Shown: piece after piece, positions 1 through 12,556 of the stretch
Position numbering within the stretch: position 1 is the stretch's first letter
How the letters are laid out: every line of letters begins with the position of its first letter
Assembly (NCBI GenBank): GCA_905178155.1
Contig: CAJINV010000002.1
Location: forward strand, 10,586,709-10,650,708
Direction: 5' to 3'
Origin: Amoebophrya sp. A120
Lineage: Eukaryota > Protista > Dinoflagellata
DNA length: 64,000 nt
Notes under the pieces: model-generated
Databases searched by the model: none
The model's input: the letters and a program-made list of their open reading frames with translations, nothing else
What the model was told of the DNA's origin: nothing
Position numbers and translations under genes: made by a program

Positions 1-670
1 TGATGAACAAATCTTGGACGGCCTTCTCGGAGTTGGCACCTCGAAACAGAAACACAGACAGATTAAGCCCCAGAAAGGAACAGCGCAACCGTTCCACTTG
101 AACATATGGAAAAATCAACAGCCTGTAATGACGTAAGAAAAAGTAGTGACGACCGAAGGAGTGCGCCCGCGCACTACAAAAATTGAAAGGCAACATGGAG
201 GAGCTACTTACGTACCCCCACGGGGGTGACCAATGGCACGATACTGCTCAGCTTTGCCGCAGCCAGCCGAACCACATGCAATAAATAACGCCTGGAGGCA
301 GAACAGGAGGGCATCCCAAGAGCGCAAAGCCACCCGCACGTATTACATCCGACCGGCGGAACACGTAGCGCGGGGGCGTGGATTTTTTTCGCTGCCATCT
401 ATCATTGTGAGCAATGAATAGGCCCGAGACCCCCGGGGCCGTGGAGCTGTAGAAGTAATTCTTGCTATCATGTCGCTTGTTGTCGCTAATATTGTTGAGT
501 TGAGACGTGAAACAAATCTAGCAAATCTAACGCGCCGCCCTCGTCCGTTTGTCGTGAATCTGCGGGAGCTCGCTGCTGCGCGCAGGCGTGACCGGTGTGG
601 CGAAATTTGCCGAACGGCGGGGCTGGAAATAATCGCGGTGGGCAGGCAGCTGGAGAAACATGCCCGGGAA

Positions 671-2446
671 CTAGGGGCCCGCAGTGGAGGTGGCTCGCGG
701 AGTTTGTGCGGGCTGGCTTTTGCTATTGCCGCTGCGACTGCTACCAATGTTCCCGGAAAGTTCAAAAAAATGGCTCTCTTGCAGCACAGCTAGCGCAGTG
801 GGCCTCTGGCCTGGAATGAGCTCCAGGCAGCTTCTCACTAGCGTCTCTGCCGCGTCTGCACGCCGTGCGACTTCTTCTGACCATGCATGCTGCAGGAAGT
901 CACTGCCTACGGAAACATCGAAGCCGGGTGACCTCGTTGCACTGTCCCAGCCGTCGCTGAGGGTGCACGCGGTTGCTGCGCTGGCCCCGGAAAACGAGAG
1001 CGCCCCGGGCGTTTTCGACACAGCCGCGAGCGTCCCTGGCCTCGCCGCCGGGATGACAAGGTTGGAGAACATCCGAAAGGCCTGACGCACTCCTGCAATC
1101 TGCTGGAGCTTGCTAAAGGGAAACGCCGCGCCCGAACCATAGAGCCGACCACCAACAGGGCCCCGCTCTCCGCCTGGGACGCGGAACACCGCAGGGCCGC
1201 CAGCGCCGTAGTACGTGCCTGCGTGCTTGGGGAAGTCTCGGCGGGCGTCGCGCACCATTTCCACCGGGAGGGGCCCCAGCTCTGCTTGCATTCGCGCCAG
1301 GTGCATGGCGGCAACAGGCGGCGATGGATCCACACAGCAATCGATTTCCCGTAGTGCCTGCCCCAAAGGCGCCGGCGCGGGTCGCATCCCCTCAAAAACA
1401 AAGTCGTCGCGAAACATCTCCACGCCGGCGATAAGCTCGTAGACCAGCTGCCCTGCGGACCAGATGTCCGCGCTCTCTGAAGGCTCCGGGCAGCCCAAAA
1501 AGAATTCCGGAGCGCGGTGAGTCCAGGTCATGCGCTGCGTCCGGCGGGCGGGCGGATCGGCGGCGCCTTTTTGCGGGTGCACTTCCGAGGTGGGCGACAT
1601 TTCCCCAAGGTCGGAAAGCTTGAGGGAGAGGCCCTGCGCGGGGCTCGACAGTAGCGACCGGGCGGAATCCGGCGTGGGCCGGGTTTCATCGGTGTAGAGC
1701 AACATGTTCTCGGGCTTTAGGTCCATGTGCGCAAACCCATGCGAATGGACCCAGGCCAATCCCCTAAAAATATGCCTCGCAAGCACTTGCGCGACATCCC
1801 AACTCAGGCCGTGCGACTGCCAATGCGCAGTATGCGGGTTCGAGGGTCGCCGCGAAGCAAAGAGGCTGCCACCCCACTTTTTCGCAACCCCAATTCGTTC
1901 ATCTAGGGACCGCGGGGCGGGCACCTTCCCGCAGACCTCGCGGCGGTAGCAATCAAGTGCCTGGCGCAGGTCGAGGACCCCGATCTCGTACGGCGTGCAG
2001 AGGTGTCCCGCAAAGAACGCACAGGGCGCCTGCGGCAGCGCTACGCAGGTACTCGAGGGCGCCGCGGGGTCGCGCCCAGATGCCAGTGGGTCCGCTAGCG
2101 CCTTGGCCCGGAGGGTGTTCAGCAGCGCGGCCTCCTGTTCTTGCTTTGCTTTGTCCCGGGGGCGTCCAGAGCGGGCAACCTTCAGGGCGCACAGCTTCCC
2201 CGTCGTCTTCGACGTAGCTAAATAGACGCAACCGAAGGCCCCCCGGCCGAGAAGTTTCGTGGCGGGCGTAGAAAGGTAGACAACACTGCAGCACTTGGCC
2301 CGCAAGGAGTCCGCGCCGGCGTCTCGAAGGATAAACCTGGGAAGTTTTTTGGGTTGTTTTTGGGGTTGGTTCATATCACTGCGGCTCTCGGGCACGGAAA
2401 GCAAAAAAAGCAAACTGGGCATGGCCGGGGGCCGGGCCGGGCCCAT
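671..2446 (-). CDS. Ser/Thr protein kinase (CMGC/SRPK-like); probable extra 5' exon at about 2545-2742
   Basis: Kinase motifs GRGAFGCVY (G-loop), ALKV, HMDLKPEN (catalytic loop), DLG (DFG equivalent), THRAPE, DIWSAG. An upstream ORF starting MAEVTVP (ATG 2742) follows a pyrimidine tract and CAG and may be exon 1; the junction is unresolved. Confidence 0.9.
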   Translation of the reverse strand: MGPARPPAMPSLLFLLSVPESRSDMNQPQKQPKKLPRFILRDAGADSLRAKCCSVVYLSTPATKLLGRGAFGCVYLATSKTTGKLCALKVARSGRPRDKAKQEQEAALLNTLRAKALADPLASGRDPAAPSSTCVALPQAPCAFFAGHLCTPYEIGVLDLRQALDCYRREVCGKVPAPRSLDERIGVAKKWGGSLFASRRPSNPHTAHWQSHGLSWDVAQVLARHIFRGLAWVHSHGFAHMDLKPENMLLYTDETRPTPDSARSLLSSPAQGLSLKLSDLGEMSPTSEVHPQKGAADPPARRTQRMTWTHRAPEFFLGCPEPSESADIWSAGQLVYELIAGVEMFRDDFVFEGMRPAPAPLGQALREIDCCVDPSPPVAAMHLARMQAELGPLPVEMVRDARRDFPKHAGTYYGAGGPAVFRVPGGERGPVGGRLYGSGAAFPFSKLQQIAGVRQAFRMFSNLVIPAARPGTLAAVSKTPGALSFSGASAATACTLSDGWDSATRSPGFDVSVGSDFLQHAWSEEVARRADAAETLVRSCLELIPGQRPTALAVLQESHFFELSGNIGSSRSGNSKSQPAQTPRATSTAGP

Positions 2447-2520
2447 GTCATTGATTTATATCACTGCGGCTCTCCGGCAATATAAGCAAAAAAAGCAAAA
2501 TGGGCATACTCCTGGGGGCC
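2373..2520. repeat. Two ~60-bp direct repeats, 85-bp period, at the kinase 5' end
   Basis: atatcactgcggctctc-ggca...aagcaaaaaaagcaaa-tgggcat at 2373 and 2458; on the sense strand each copy reads as a pyrimidine tract followed by GCAG. Confidence 0.85.
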
Positions 2521-4290
2521 CTCGAGGCCTTCCAAGGTACTCCGCACAGTGAATCCCACCGGCAACAGTAAAAAGCCGGAGCCGCCCGGCAGCAATCTCT
2601 CCTCCAAGCCGGGCCGAGGCCGCTTCGCTTCAGTGTCCTCGCCATCTTCCGAGCGCTGCCGCTTTCCCGGTGCTGCGGTCGCGGGTGATCGGGCCCGGAG
2701 CGGGACCGGAGGGTTGCTCACTGGTACCGTGACTTCAGCCATTTTAACCAAACAGACTCAAAAGCGAACACCTGGGGTCGAAAAATCGCAACACAACAAA
2801 AAAACTATAAATAGGCGAGAAACTAGCAAAAACTAGCAGCCGGAAAGAATTTCCAGCTGGAAATTAGTACCTGCTTAGCCAGGTGGGGTGGAGGGTAAAG
2901 CATGGGGAGAAAATGCCTGCTGATATCGTGTATTTTGACCTGTGTGGCGTGGGTGTCTATTTCAGGAAATTTGTTGAGGCTCGTGGCCGACTCACGAGAG
3001 GCGTCAAATGAAAGCAACTAGATGCGGCCCGGACCTCATGCATTGCGCGTGCAGCGATGCTTTTTGGTTGCGCCCGCTACTAGTTTGCCTCTCGGGGCTG
3101 GGGTTTTCCGTACGAGTCCGAATCTGAATCACTCGACCGATCTTCTTGCCTTGTGCTGATTTCGATCAAAAATGTTAGGGGATTCAGTTTAGGTGCTCTG
3201 TTTCGGTTGCGGTTCTTTCTTCATTCTAACGAAAAATCAAATGCACAGCTCGCGGAGCAACATGAACATACTCTTTTTTACAGTCAGCGAGGAAGACAAA
3301 AAAATGACCCCCGGCCCGCTCCCCCTCTAGGGGCCTTTTTTGGATTTGTGGATCATATTTGTGGATCATAGCGGGCACACGTCTACGTACAGTGCAAAGC
3401 TTGGGGCGGCATTCCTTGAAACTATATTGTGAGGGTAGAAGCAGTCCTCTGGCTCTGCGTCTTTTGATCACAAATTTCAATTTTTGTAAATGCTCTTACT
3501 AGTTGAGCGCAGAGAAGGGAAGCGCAGGGTCTTTTTGGCCTTATCTATGTATCGGAAATGGATTCCTTGCCGTATTTTTTTCTGTTCTTGAAATGAAAGA
3601 AAAGGCGAATAAGGAACTGCCTTTTTCTACAAAAACGGTGGGAAACTATGGAAATTACCCCAAGCCGGCAAAAACATAGTAAAGGTGTTCGAGCGTGGCC
3701 GCTTTTTCTGAGGTCCGCAAGCAGCTCCCTGGAAAACCGAACCCGATCAGATTGCGATTAGAACGGCGAGCTCTTACCCCTTCCTGTTCCTGGGTGCATG
3801 GGACAAAACATAACAAAAAAAACGACCGAAGAGGGGTACTTCGGCAATTTCCGAACAAAAAAAGTCTTTTTCGTCCTCGTTTTCCTTCGCCTCCTAAGGC
3901 CAAAACTCCTAGGGCTAAAAAGGCTCAAACAACATCGTAGAAACTTTGAACACAATATGTTGCCCGAAAATGATCAATGGTTTCGGCGTGTGTGTCATGT
4001 GTATCAGTAGCCTATATTTTTAGTAAAATGCTATCACAAATGCAGAGATGCTGCCTGCGATGCCGAGTCTACGTTTCGAGCATTTGGAAGTCTCCTGGTA
4101 GTCGAGGCCGTGCTCGTCTGAAAAGAAATCATACACCAGCTCCATCGTTAAACTTAAATCACGCGAAAGTTGTTTATTTTTTTTTCCCTACATCATACAT
4201 AATAAATTGTCATCCGAAAAAAATGTGCACTCACGAATGGGCCGATCCTTGCTCGCATAAGTAACTAAAACTACGTACATTTCATTTTGT

Positions 4291-7200
4291 CTATTCGGAG
4301 GAGAGCAAAGTCGGCGGAACCGCGATAAACTCCCGGGTGTGCGCTCGCGTTTGCATCCGAAGATTTTGGATCTCCACGCCCCGATCAAGAACTTCTTCTC
4401 CCTGGCTCTTACTGCTGCAATCCCGATACCGCTCGTCGCCCCCGCGCTGCTGATAATGCTTGCTCTCCCAGATGCGGACTTCACGATCACGTTCCTTCGC
4501 AAATGGCGCGCATGAGATGTCATTCCAAAGCGCACCAGAGTCCTCAAGGACGAAGTTCTGTTCCCCTGGTGCTCGCGCAAGGTTGACAAGACCGGTACTA
4601 GTGTCTCTCTCCGCATTCTTGAAGTCGGAAGAGCGCCAGTTTTCATCGCTGTCCTTTACTCTTGAGGAACTAGTACCCGTTTTCTTCTGCTGGTGTATCT
4701 GTCCGTGTCCCGCCAGAACGACTTTCTCCTTACTTGCTTGCAGGGGTCGGAGGTAAAACTTTTCCTGCAGCTCCAGAATCTCGGCGGACGGCGGTTGCTC
4801 AACAACCTTGCAAATTGATTCTTTCCGCCCGAAGCCTCCGTCGTGCAAGTTCTCCATCACATCTTGATGCTGAAAAAGATCTTCTCTGGTTGAATTCTTT
4901 ATTTGTCGCTGCCTTTCTTCGTACGTTTCAATTTGATTACTGCGCGGCTGCTGCTGCTGCTGCTGCAAGTCTGTCAGACCTCCTACGGTGTCTGAAAAAA
5001 CACCACTTCCGCCCAACTCGTCGACGATACCGATCTGCTTTGACATAGTCCCGCTGGTTGGCTGGAACCTCTTTAGCAGACCGGTTACCTCCCCTGTGAC
5101 ACCATGCCCGCTGTTTAACGAAGCTCCCACTTTGCTCGCGTTTTGCTGATGTTGCTGTAGTTGAGTCCGGCAGTACTGGTGTAGTCCATCTTCTTGTATC
5201 TCGTCCGGTAATTCAAAGGTGTTGGTCTGCACCAGCTGCTTCGCTCGTGTTTGACGGGGACTGCGGGAAGAGGACGAGGACAGGTAGTTTTCATTTGCTA
5301 CTTTGTGAAGCCGGGCACTTTGTCTCGTCCCACAGCTGCTTTGTGGTCTGTGTGGCATGGTAGGATGTGGCCCTCGTTCCCCCTGCTGTCTCGTCCACGA
5401 AGAGGAGGAGGGCGGTGCCGCACGGACTCCCATCGGACCAACATTTCGACGGTCCCCGCTCCCGTGAAAAGGCTCCTGACCCTGGTAATACTGCTGCACT
5501 TCCTGGTGGTAGTCGCGATAGACGGGAGAGCGGCTTGCGCCTCCTCCTCCGTGAAAACCCCCGTGGGCGGCCGCCCCGTCCAAGCGCAACACTTCTGCTC
5601 CGCGCGGGCTTGCAGGGGTGGGCCGCTGCAAGCCTCGAATATTCTGCTCCTGGTGTTCGTCAGAGAATTGGTTGCTGCAGGTCGATCCCACCAGAGCCAT
5701 GGCGTCGCGCACGTCAAGCTTCCGCACCAGCACGTCTAAAATGTTTTTTGCATGCGGGTGGCGCAGACGCCACAACTTTTCCATTCTCGGGACAAGCGAC
5801 TCCGTGTAGTCCAGCAGCTCGGGGAGGTGCTGTTGATTGTGGCTCTGCTGCTGATCCAAAAGCTCCTCAGCAACGCTGTCCAGAGTCGGCAGCAGCCCGG
5901 TCAGCTGTGCGAGCTTCAGGGAGAGGCGGACGCAGTGGGCGAACCCGCAACGAAGTTCCTGAAGCAAGTCGGCGTGCTCGAATGTGTTTTGCTGCTCCGT
6001 GAGGGCGTTTATTCGCGCCTCGAGCTTGGCGCTGGCGTGCCCCTGCTTGCGCTCTAATTCCGACTGCACTTGTTGCACCAATTGCGGCAAATCCTGCAGA
6101 AGTTTGGATGAGAGTACCAAAATTCGGTTGAATGATGGAAATAAGCCGCCAAAACCTCAGCAAATACCTCAAGCGAGGCCCATTCATTCCGCAGTTCAAT
6201 TTTCCACAGCACATTCGCAACCAAAAGTGGAATTTTTCCTACCTGTGTCTTTAGGTTTTCAATGCTTTTGTCCAGCGCCGCTGCTTTTTCAGTGAGGTTC
6301 TTCTTTGCGTCCACGATGTCGTTGAATAGCCCGCTCACCCTCAGTTCCTGCCCTCCTACACGCCGAACCACGTCAGCTAGCTGGACCTCCGTGGCTTCAT
6401 TGACCGCGTTTAGTTCCTCCGTAAGGCGTTCCTGTTTTGAGTTCGTGGACTTCACAACTAGGAACTCAAGTTCCAAGACTAAAGTGGATAGAAAAACAGA
6501 CAGCGACTTGAAGCCCAGGAGGACCTGGACCTTGAACAGAAAAGGGTAGAAACCCTCCTCAAGAGAAACGAGCGAAGTACCTGCTGCCCGGCGGCGTTTT
6601 GTTCGATGCCCTGCTCGATAGATTGAATCGCGGCCACGGTCTATGCAAGAAAAAAACTGTGTAAGTGTAAGTCTGTGATGCAGAAAATGCAAGACAGTTA
6701 CGCTTGTCATGCTCCACATGCATGATAGGCTCGTTTCCTACGTGTTTTCCCGTCCTATCTGCGCATGACAAGATTTTCCTGTCACGGCAGACGAAATTGT
6801 GATGCTGTTTTCCCAAAAGACCTACACTAACACAGTTTTTTTCTTGGATACGGTCTGCTGCTTAAAAGTGCCCACTTCGTCGAGACACTCAGACACCATG
6901 GTTTCTAGGCGAAGTAGCTTGCCCTCCACTACCGACGCGAACTGGTTCTGCACGTTGTTTGTTCCAGAGTTGGCACTCGGGTTGTTTCTTGTTTCGTTCA
7001 TGCTAGTGCTGAACTCCTGCGCCAGAAGATGTTGCTTTTCCTGCAAAGATCTCACATCAGCCTCGAGACGCGACAGCGCCGTGGTTGCGTGGTGACTCAC
7101 GGCTGCTGCTGCTGCTGCTTCCGCGGCTTTGCTTTCTATTTGGATGTCAAACTTGCTTTGCAAGTCCACAAGCGCTTTCGGATCTGTCAGCATTGCCTTA

Positions 7201-7881
7201 GCGGCCGCGAGGAACTCCTGTTTACGCTCATCCCAGATGGCAGCAGACGAGGGACCACCTGCATGTGTATTGGTGAGTATGATTCTGAACAAGGGAAATT
7301 AAGGCTTAAGGGCGAGGCATGCGCATGGGCGCACGATAGCATGAAAAAAGCATGAAACGAAACACCACCCTCTCGCAAAGCGGTAGAAGCTACTTTCATC
7401 TTTCTTAATTGTACGGACTGCTCTCACTCACGGTCAGTATCGTCACGACCCTGCTTAAAAACGCACCATTTCCGTCCGCTTGCCTCCCTCCCGAGGAGGA
7501 TGACGACCCGCCACTGGCGTTCGACAGAGTCGCCACTTGTGCCTTCACTCGATTCAAGTCCGCATTTACCGCGTCCAGAGCCAGCGTGATATCCTCGAGG
7601 TGATTTTCCCCGCTCATCAGCATGCGGCGCATCTCGGATTCCCACCGCTTTTCGCTGGTCCCGCATTCCACCAAAATCTGCTGCGACCGTGCGGCAGCTG
7701 TGGCAGTCGCGATACAGGTACCGTCCACGTTCTCCAGCTTTGTTGGCACCTGTGGTGCGCCATCGGGCGGGGTCGCAGATGTCGCTCCTTCTGCCTTGTT
7801 CTCATTCTCGTTCGCCTCCAAACTGTCCAACCTGGTGCAGACATGCTGCAAAAGGTCCAAGATTTTACGGTTGAAGTCCAT
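4291..7881 (-). CDS. Multi-exon coiled-coil, Q-rich protein of unknown function
   Basis: ORFs 7405-7881, 6822-7292, 6054-6719 (part) and 4291-6120 have coiled-coil character and can be joined through introns, including element E1 and a 125-nt non-canonical intron at 6118-6242. Some junctions are uncertain. Confidence 0.65.
6118..6242 (-). other. Putative non-canonical intron (GT...TG) with GGTA direct repeat and short inverted repeat
   Basis: Sense 5' CAG|GTAGGAAAAATTC ... GAATTTTG|GTACTC; removing 125 nt joins KTQ to VLSSKLLQDL in frame. Confidence 0.55.
6642..6850. mobile_element. Introner/MITE E1 (209 bp, ~33-bp TIR, TSD CGGTC)
   Basis: tatgcaagaaaaaaactgtgtaagtgtaagtct ... agacctacactaacacagtttttttcttggata, flanked by cggtc at 6637-6641 and 6851-6855. 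Removal gives KQQT-VAAIQSIEQGIEQ. Reverse-complement copy of E4. Confidence 0.95.
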
Positions 7882-8611
7882 TAGGCTGACTGATTTACCG
7901 TGGGGGTGCCGAAAGATGATGACTTATGCGCTATCTGAACAGGATTGGAGGTGGTTCAGGTCCGCAAAGTTGAAGTCAACTAAGTTGTAAGTAGCTTTTA
8001 AGAGGAGCTGGGGAGGAGAAAAATCTATTTTGTCTTAACTGACTTCAGCCAAATATGTATCCATCGTATGACATACGATGTGGATTGACCACCGTCGCCG
8101 AGGGCACGATGCATCCCCAATGTTGAAACGATTGCGACAACGAAACGAAGGAAAAGCCGCAAGCAAAAACAGTGGACCAAAAATGAAATACCAAGACTGA
8201 CACCACAAATCCCCTTAAATGGGAAAAAACGATATAGAAACCACGACACCCTCAGAAAAAAGTAGAGCAGCCGTGGAACCAACTTGTTCAAAAAAAAACC
8301 TGGCGACCGAATACCCACTTTTTCGAAGCCCTCACTCGGAAATTCACAACCTCGGATCAGCTTCCAGCTTCGCAATAGAAAAAACATATTTCTGAGGCGA
8401 ACGCAGAACAAAAGCGAGCGGCAAGGCGCCTAGAACGAAGCCAGGAGATGGCTTTGATATAGCAGTTCTTTCGGGATGATTTTCGTTCTATCGGAACGAA
8501 TGTTCTCGAGGAAAATTATGTCGCTGATTGTCGCATGTTTTGGTAAGTACACCTCCAAGTGGCAGAGCGCTGCGCCAGTGCACGAGCACGACGTCGTGCC
8601 GTGTCGCATGA

Positions 8612-11600
8612 TCAGGACCGGAGCATCTGGAGAAGGTCAAAAGCCTCTTTTAGACTTGCGCCGCCCCCCTGTTCCCGCACCAAGCGCTCGATGATTTCGG
8701 ACTTGGGCAGCTTCGTCGGGTCCTGCTTTTTCCGTTCCTCCAGGTTTGTGCGGAGCTTCGCCACGCGCAGTGCCACATCGTTCCGGCTCAATCCAAAGAC
8801 CCCGCGATCCGTCTTGGGGTGGCACAGCACGTCCCCTAGGCGCCCGATCACGGTGTTACGCTCAGCGTTGAACTCGTCGCGGGTAAGGTTCAGGAGTCGG
8901 AGCCGCACCGGGTCGTCCTTGTACTTTTTTAGCATCTCCTCCGTGCCGACTTTCTTGTTCAAACTGTACTGTTTTGGCGGCACGGCCGGCGGAGCCGCCA
9001 CTGGTGCTTGCGGCGGTGCCGCGGACGAGGAAGCTGGAGCACCGGCTGGCGGGTTGGTCGCCGGCTTTCCGGCAGGAGCCCCCTTTGCTGGCGCCCCTTT
9101 ATTGACCAAGGCGGCACCTGTCGAAGTTGGTGTTGAAACTGGCTTAGCGCCGCCTTTCGATACCGGAGGCTGCGCGGCGGTGGTTGCGCCAGGCGCGGAA
9201 GATGTTGATCCAGCAGGGCCTTTTGAGTTTCCTTTGCCTTGCTCCTGGACTGCTGTAGCTGCTGTTCCCGTAGCTGCGCCTCCTTTTTTGACACCCGCAT
9301 CCGTCGACACCGGAGGTGCCTTGCTTGATATGGGAGTCGCGCTTGCCGCTGGTGTTTGTCCTCCCTTACCTTTAGCTTCCTTTTGCAGTAGATCGGAGGG
9401 GGCTCCTGTCACGGGTTGGGTTTTCGCGGGCTCGCCTTGCTTTCCCTTTGTAGTTGCATCTGCCGCTGCTGCCGGCTTCCCGCCCGTTTTCACCGCTGGT
9501 GCTGAGGAGTCGACTTTTGCCGGTGACGGTTGCTGCTTACCTTTGTCGGAAGCTGCTGAAACTGCAGCAGCCTGCTTTTGGTCTGTTGGCTTCCCTGCTG
9601 CGGATGCGCTAATCCGTGCGTCACCCTGTGCCTTCCCAGAGGCCGGCTTTTCTCCTTTCCCCGGAACCGCGGCCGTCTTACTGCCTTTTGTTTCCGCAGT
9701 TGATTTTTCTCCCTTTCCTCCACCACCGGCCGTCTTCTCGCCTTTTCCGGCTGTCGACTTCTCTCCCTTCGCTGCAGTCTGCGAACCCGATGGTCCTCCC
9801 AATGTTGTGACGGTAGACTTCCCACCAGCGGTACTCGAGGAAGCGGGTTTTTGCTCGCCTTTGCCCGGCATCGCACCCTGCGTTCCCTTTGCTCCTATTG
9901 CACTTTTTCTACCCTTCTCCGCAGCGACACTTAGCTTCTCACCTTTCGCAGCGGTATCTGCCGGCTTAGCAGCCCCTTTGTCAGCTTTCTCAGTTGGCGC
10001 TCCGGCGGCTACTTGCGTACCCTTCGTCGCTGGTGCGCCGGCGCTGCTACTTGTCGCAGCCTCCGCGTTCCCTGTTTTCACAGCGGCGGGTCCTCCTGGC
10101 GCCGCGGCTCTTCCTCCTGATGCTGGAGCTGCTGTAGTCGCCTCAGCACCCTTTGCGCCGGGCTGTAGTACTTCTTTTGGCGTTTCAACAACGGATGGCT
10201 TCTCGGCCTTCATCGAGCCCCTTGGCACGCTCTTCGACTTTTGCGCAGCGTCGCCTTCGTTGCCATTCTCACTAGGGGCCGGACTCTCTACCAGCGGGCC
10301 GTCCGGCAGGCGCTTGGTCCCGGTAATTTTTCCAAGCGAAATCTGCGCGCTGCCCAATTGCGCAGTCTCCGCAACCGGTTCAGCTTCCGTAGGACTTGAA
10401 GATTGCGCCGCCGGTTCTCTTGGCGCCGGTGCCGGTATCTGCTTCGACTCTGCAATCGAAGAGGATGAAGCAGCCACTGCTCCTCCTGTGGTAGCAGCAG
10501 CCGCGGCTACCACCTGGACTGCGGGCTTTTGCACAACACGCGGCGTGAGCTTTGCCTTTTTCGATTTCCGCGGCTCGACTTCTTCTAACTCCGGCTCCTC
10601 GTCCGGCGGTGCGGGCGCTGCCACCACTCGCACGCTCGGCACGGGCGGTTCTGCCGGCGGGGGCATAGCAGCCGTGTCGCTGATCAGTGCTCCCGCAGCC
10701 ACGATCGTTATGGGCACCATTCCGTCGCTCTTGCGCTCGCTCGGCCGCGCCTGGATCTTTGGAGAGGAGGGCGCGGCCCGCACCACCACATCTGGCACGA
10801 GCACGGCATCGGCGCCAGCAGTGCTCGGCACGCTCGGTATGCTGTTCATCGGCACTGGGCCGTCGTTTCGGCTCTCCTCTTCGTGATCGAACTCCACACT
10901 TTCCATGGACCCAACACTGCGCATGCTCTGGACCGACCGCAGACTATGCTGGCTTTCGCTGCGCGTCCGTTTCGCCGGCGGCTCGGCAGCGTCGGCAACC
11001 ATGCCTCGTGCGGAGGTGGAGGGGGCTTCCGGGGGGCGTTTCTGGTTCGTGGGTGCCACGGCGGCGGACTGCTGCTGCTGTTGTAGCTCCGGACTCTCCG
11101 TCTTCTTGGCTCTCGCCATCTTCGCTGCCATAAGCTTGGCTCGCAACATGGCTTTCTTGTCCTCGGACGCATTGCCCGCTGCTTGGGAAGGCTTGGGTTC
11201 CTCTTCTTTTGCGACAGGAGGAGCAGAAGCCTGATGTTTTTTGTTTAAGGCGCATTTGCGTTTTCTTCAAGAACCTCATGCGGGTCAGATGTAACAGTAA
11301 ATTCATCCGCGGATAAAAAAGCGAGTCTCCATGTTGGTAGTGCTGTGATATTTACGGACATTCGTAGCAAGAACTCCGAAGTACCGGGGGAGCTGGCGGA
11401 GCTTCCTTCTGCTTTACTGCCGCCGGCGCGGCAGGCTTCTCTGGGGCGGCAACTTGTTTCATCGCGCTTGAGGACGAAGAGCTTCCGCCGCCCGCGACAA
11501 CACCACCGTTTTTTTTGGCGTTGGTCTGCGCCACGTTGCTGCTACTTGAAGAAGGCTGTTGTTCATTCTTCCCTTCTTTCTTTTTCTGCGGCTTTTTATT

Positions 11601-11945
11601 GCCCCCGGATGGTTCCTGGTGTTGCTTCTTGTCCTGCTTTTGAACCTGGTTGGACCCCACCGCGTTAGAGGCAGCCTCCTTCTTCAGTGTGTTCTTGTTT
11701 CTCTTCAATAGGATTTTAGCACCGCTCTTCTTCTCCGGCGGGGGCTGATTACTCATCATGTTGCTGCTGCTGCCTCCCTTCATCGCGTAATCGTGATCGC
11801 TCATCATCTGACCCTTGTTGCCCGCGCCGTGTTTGTTCGTGCCCATTTCTGCCGGTTTGTTGTTTCCCTTAGCGGGCGCCCAAGCTTTATTGCCACCGCC
11901 CTTGCTGCCGGGCGGTTTGCCCTGCCACGGTCCTGGAGGTCCCAT
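8612..11945 (-). CDS. A/K/G/P-rich low-complexity protein with a small C-terminal helical domain, two exons
   Basis: ORFs 11352-11945 and 8612-11149 join in frame through a GT-AG intron at about 11232-11383 (CCG|GTACTT...CATCAG|GCT); repeated (A)KGEK units. Confidence 0.7.
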
Positions 11946-12556
11946 TTTGACTATCTTTATATATTCCTCTGCCTTCTTCGTTTAACTCCTTCTCTGCAGC
12001 TGATCTGAATTGGTGCCAAGAAGAAATGCACGCATCAACAAACTAAATTTATTGTCCATCTGCAATCGTGGAGAGCAATAGCGTACCTATCTACCGTTCG
12101 AAGGTCTAAATAGAAACTCCATATAGCGGTGAAAAAAAATTATGAAAAGCTTGCGTGCAAAAAACAAAAATTCTTACGAGTTAGAAGGGGGAGAGAAAAT
12201 TGCGTCGCTGCTTTGTAGGTGTTGATCACTTTGGATAAATAATCTGCGAATAACTTGTCGAGCCCAAAGGATCTACGCATCTGAGTTTTTCACGTCCCAC
12301 AACACAGGCAGACAAGTAATAGTGCATCCCTTTTTGTACGAATTTTCGAGGCGTCATCTGCATGAATCCAGAACACTGATTGGTTCTTGTGTAGGCGGAA
12401 GAATGCCTCAAAACGCCTCGACTTGGGCGGCGGCATTCGGCACGTTTTTCAGAAGAAGTGCGTTTTGATCGTTGTTAAACTCCAGCTGAAATAATTATAG
12501 CAGAACTAAGTAGGTATTTCTCAAAATCAGCAGAGAGGGGGCATCCGATAATCAAT

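Noticed and set aside
2373-2520. CRISPR-like repeat-spacer
   Set aside because: Only two diverged ~60-bp copies, in a eukaryotic context with no cas genes.
8043-8057. Possible third relic spliced leader (sense TTTGGCTGAAG)
   Set aside because: Only a 10/11 match, within chance expectation.
8559-10886. 775-aa plus-strand ORF
   Set aside because: Antisense shadow of the low-complexity A/K/G/P-rich gene; no motifs.
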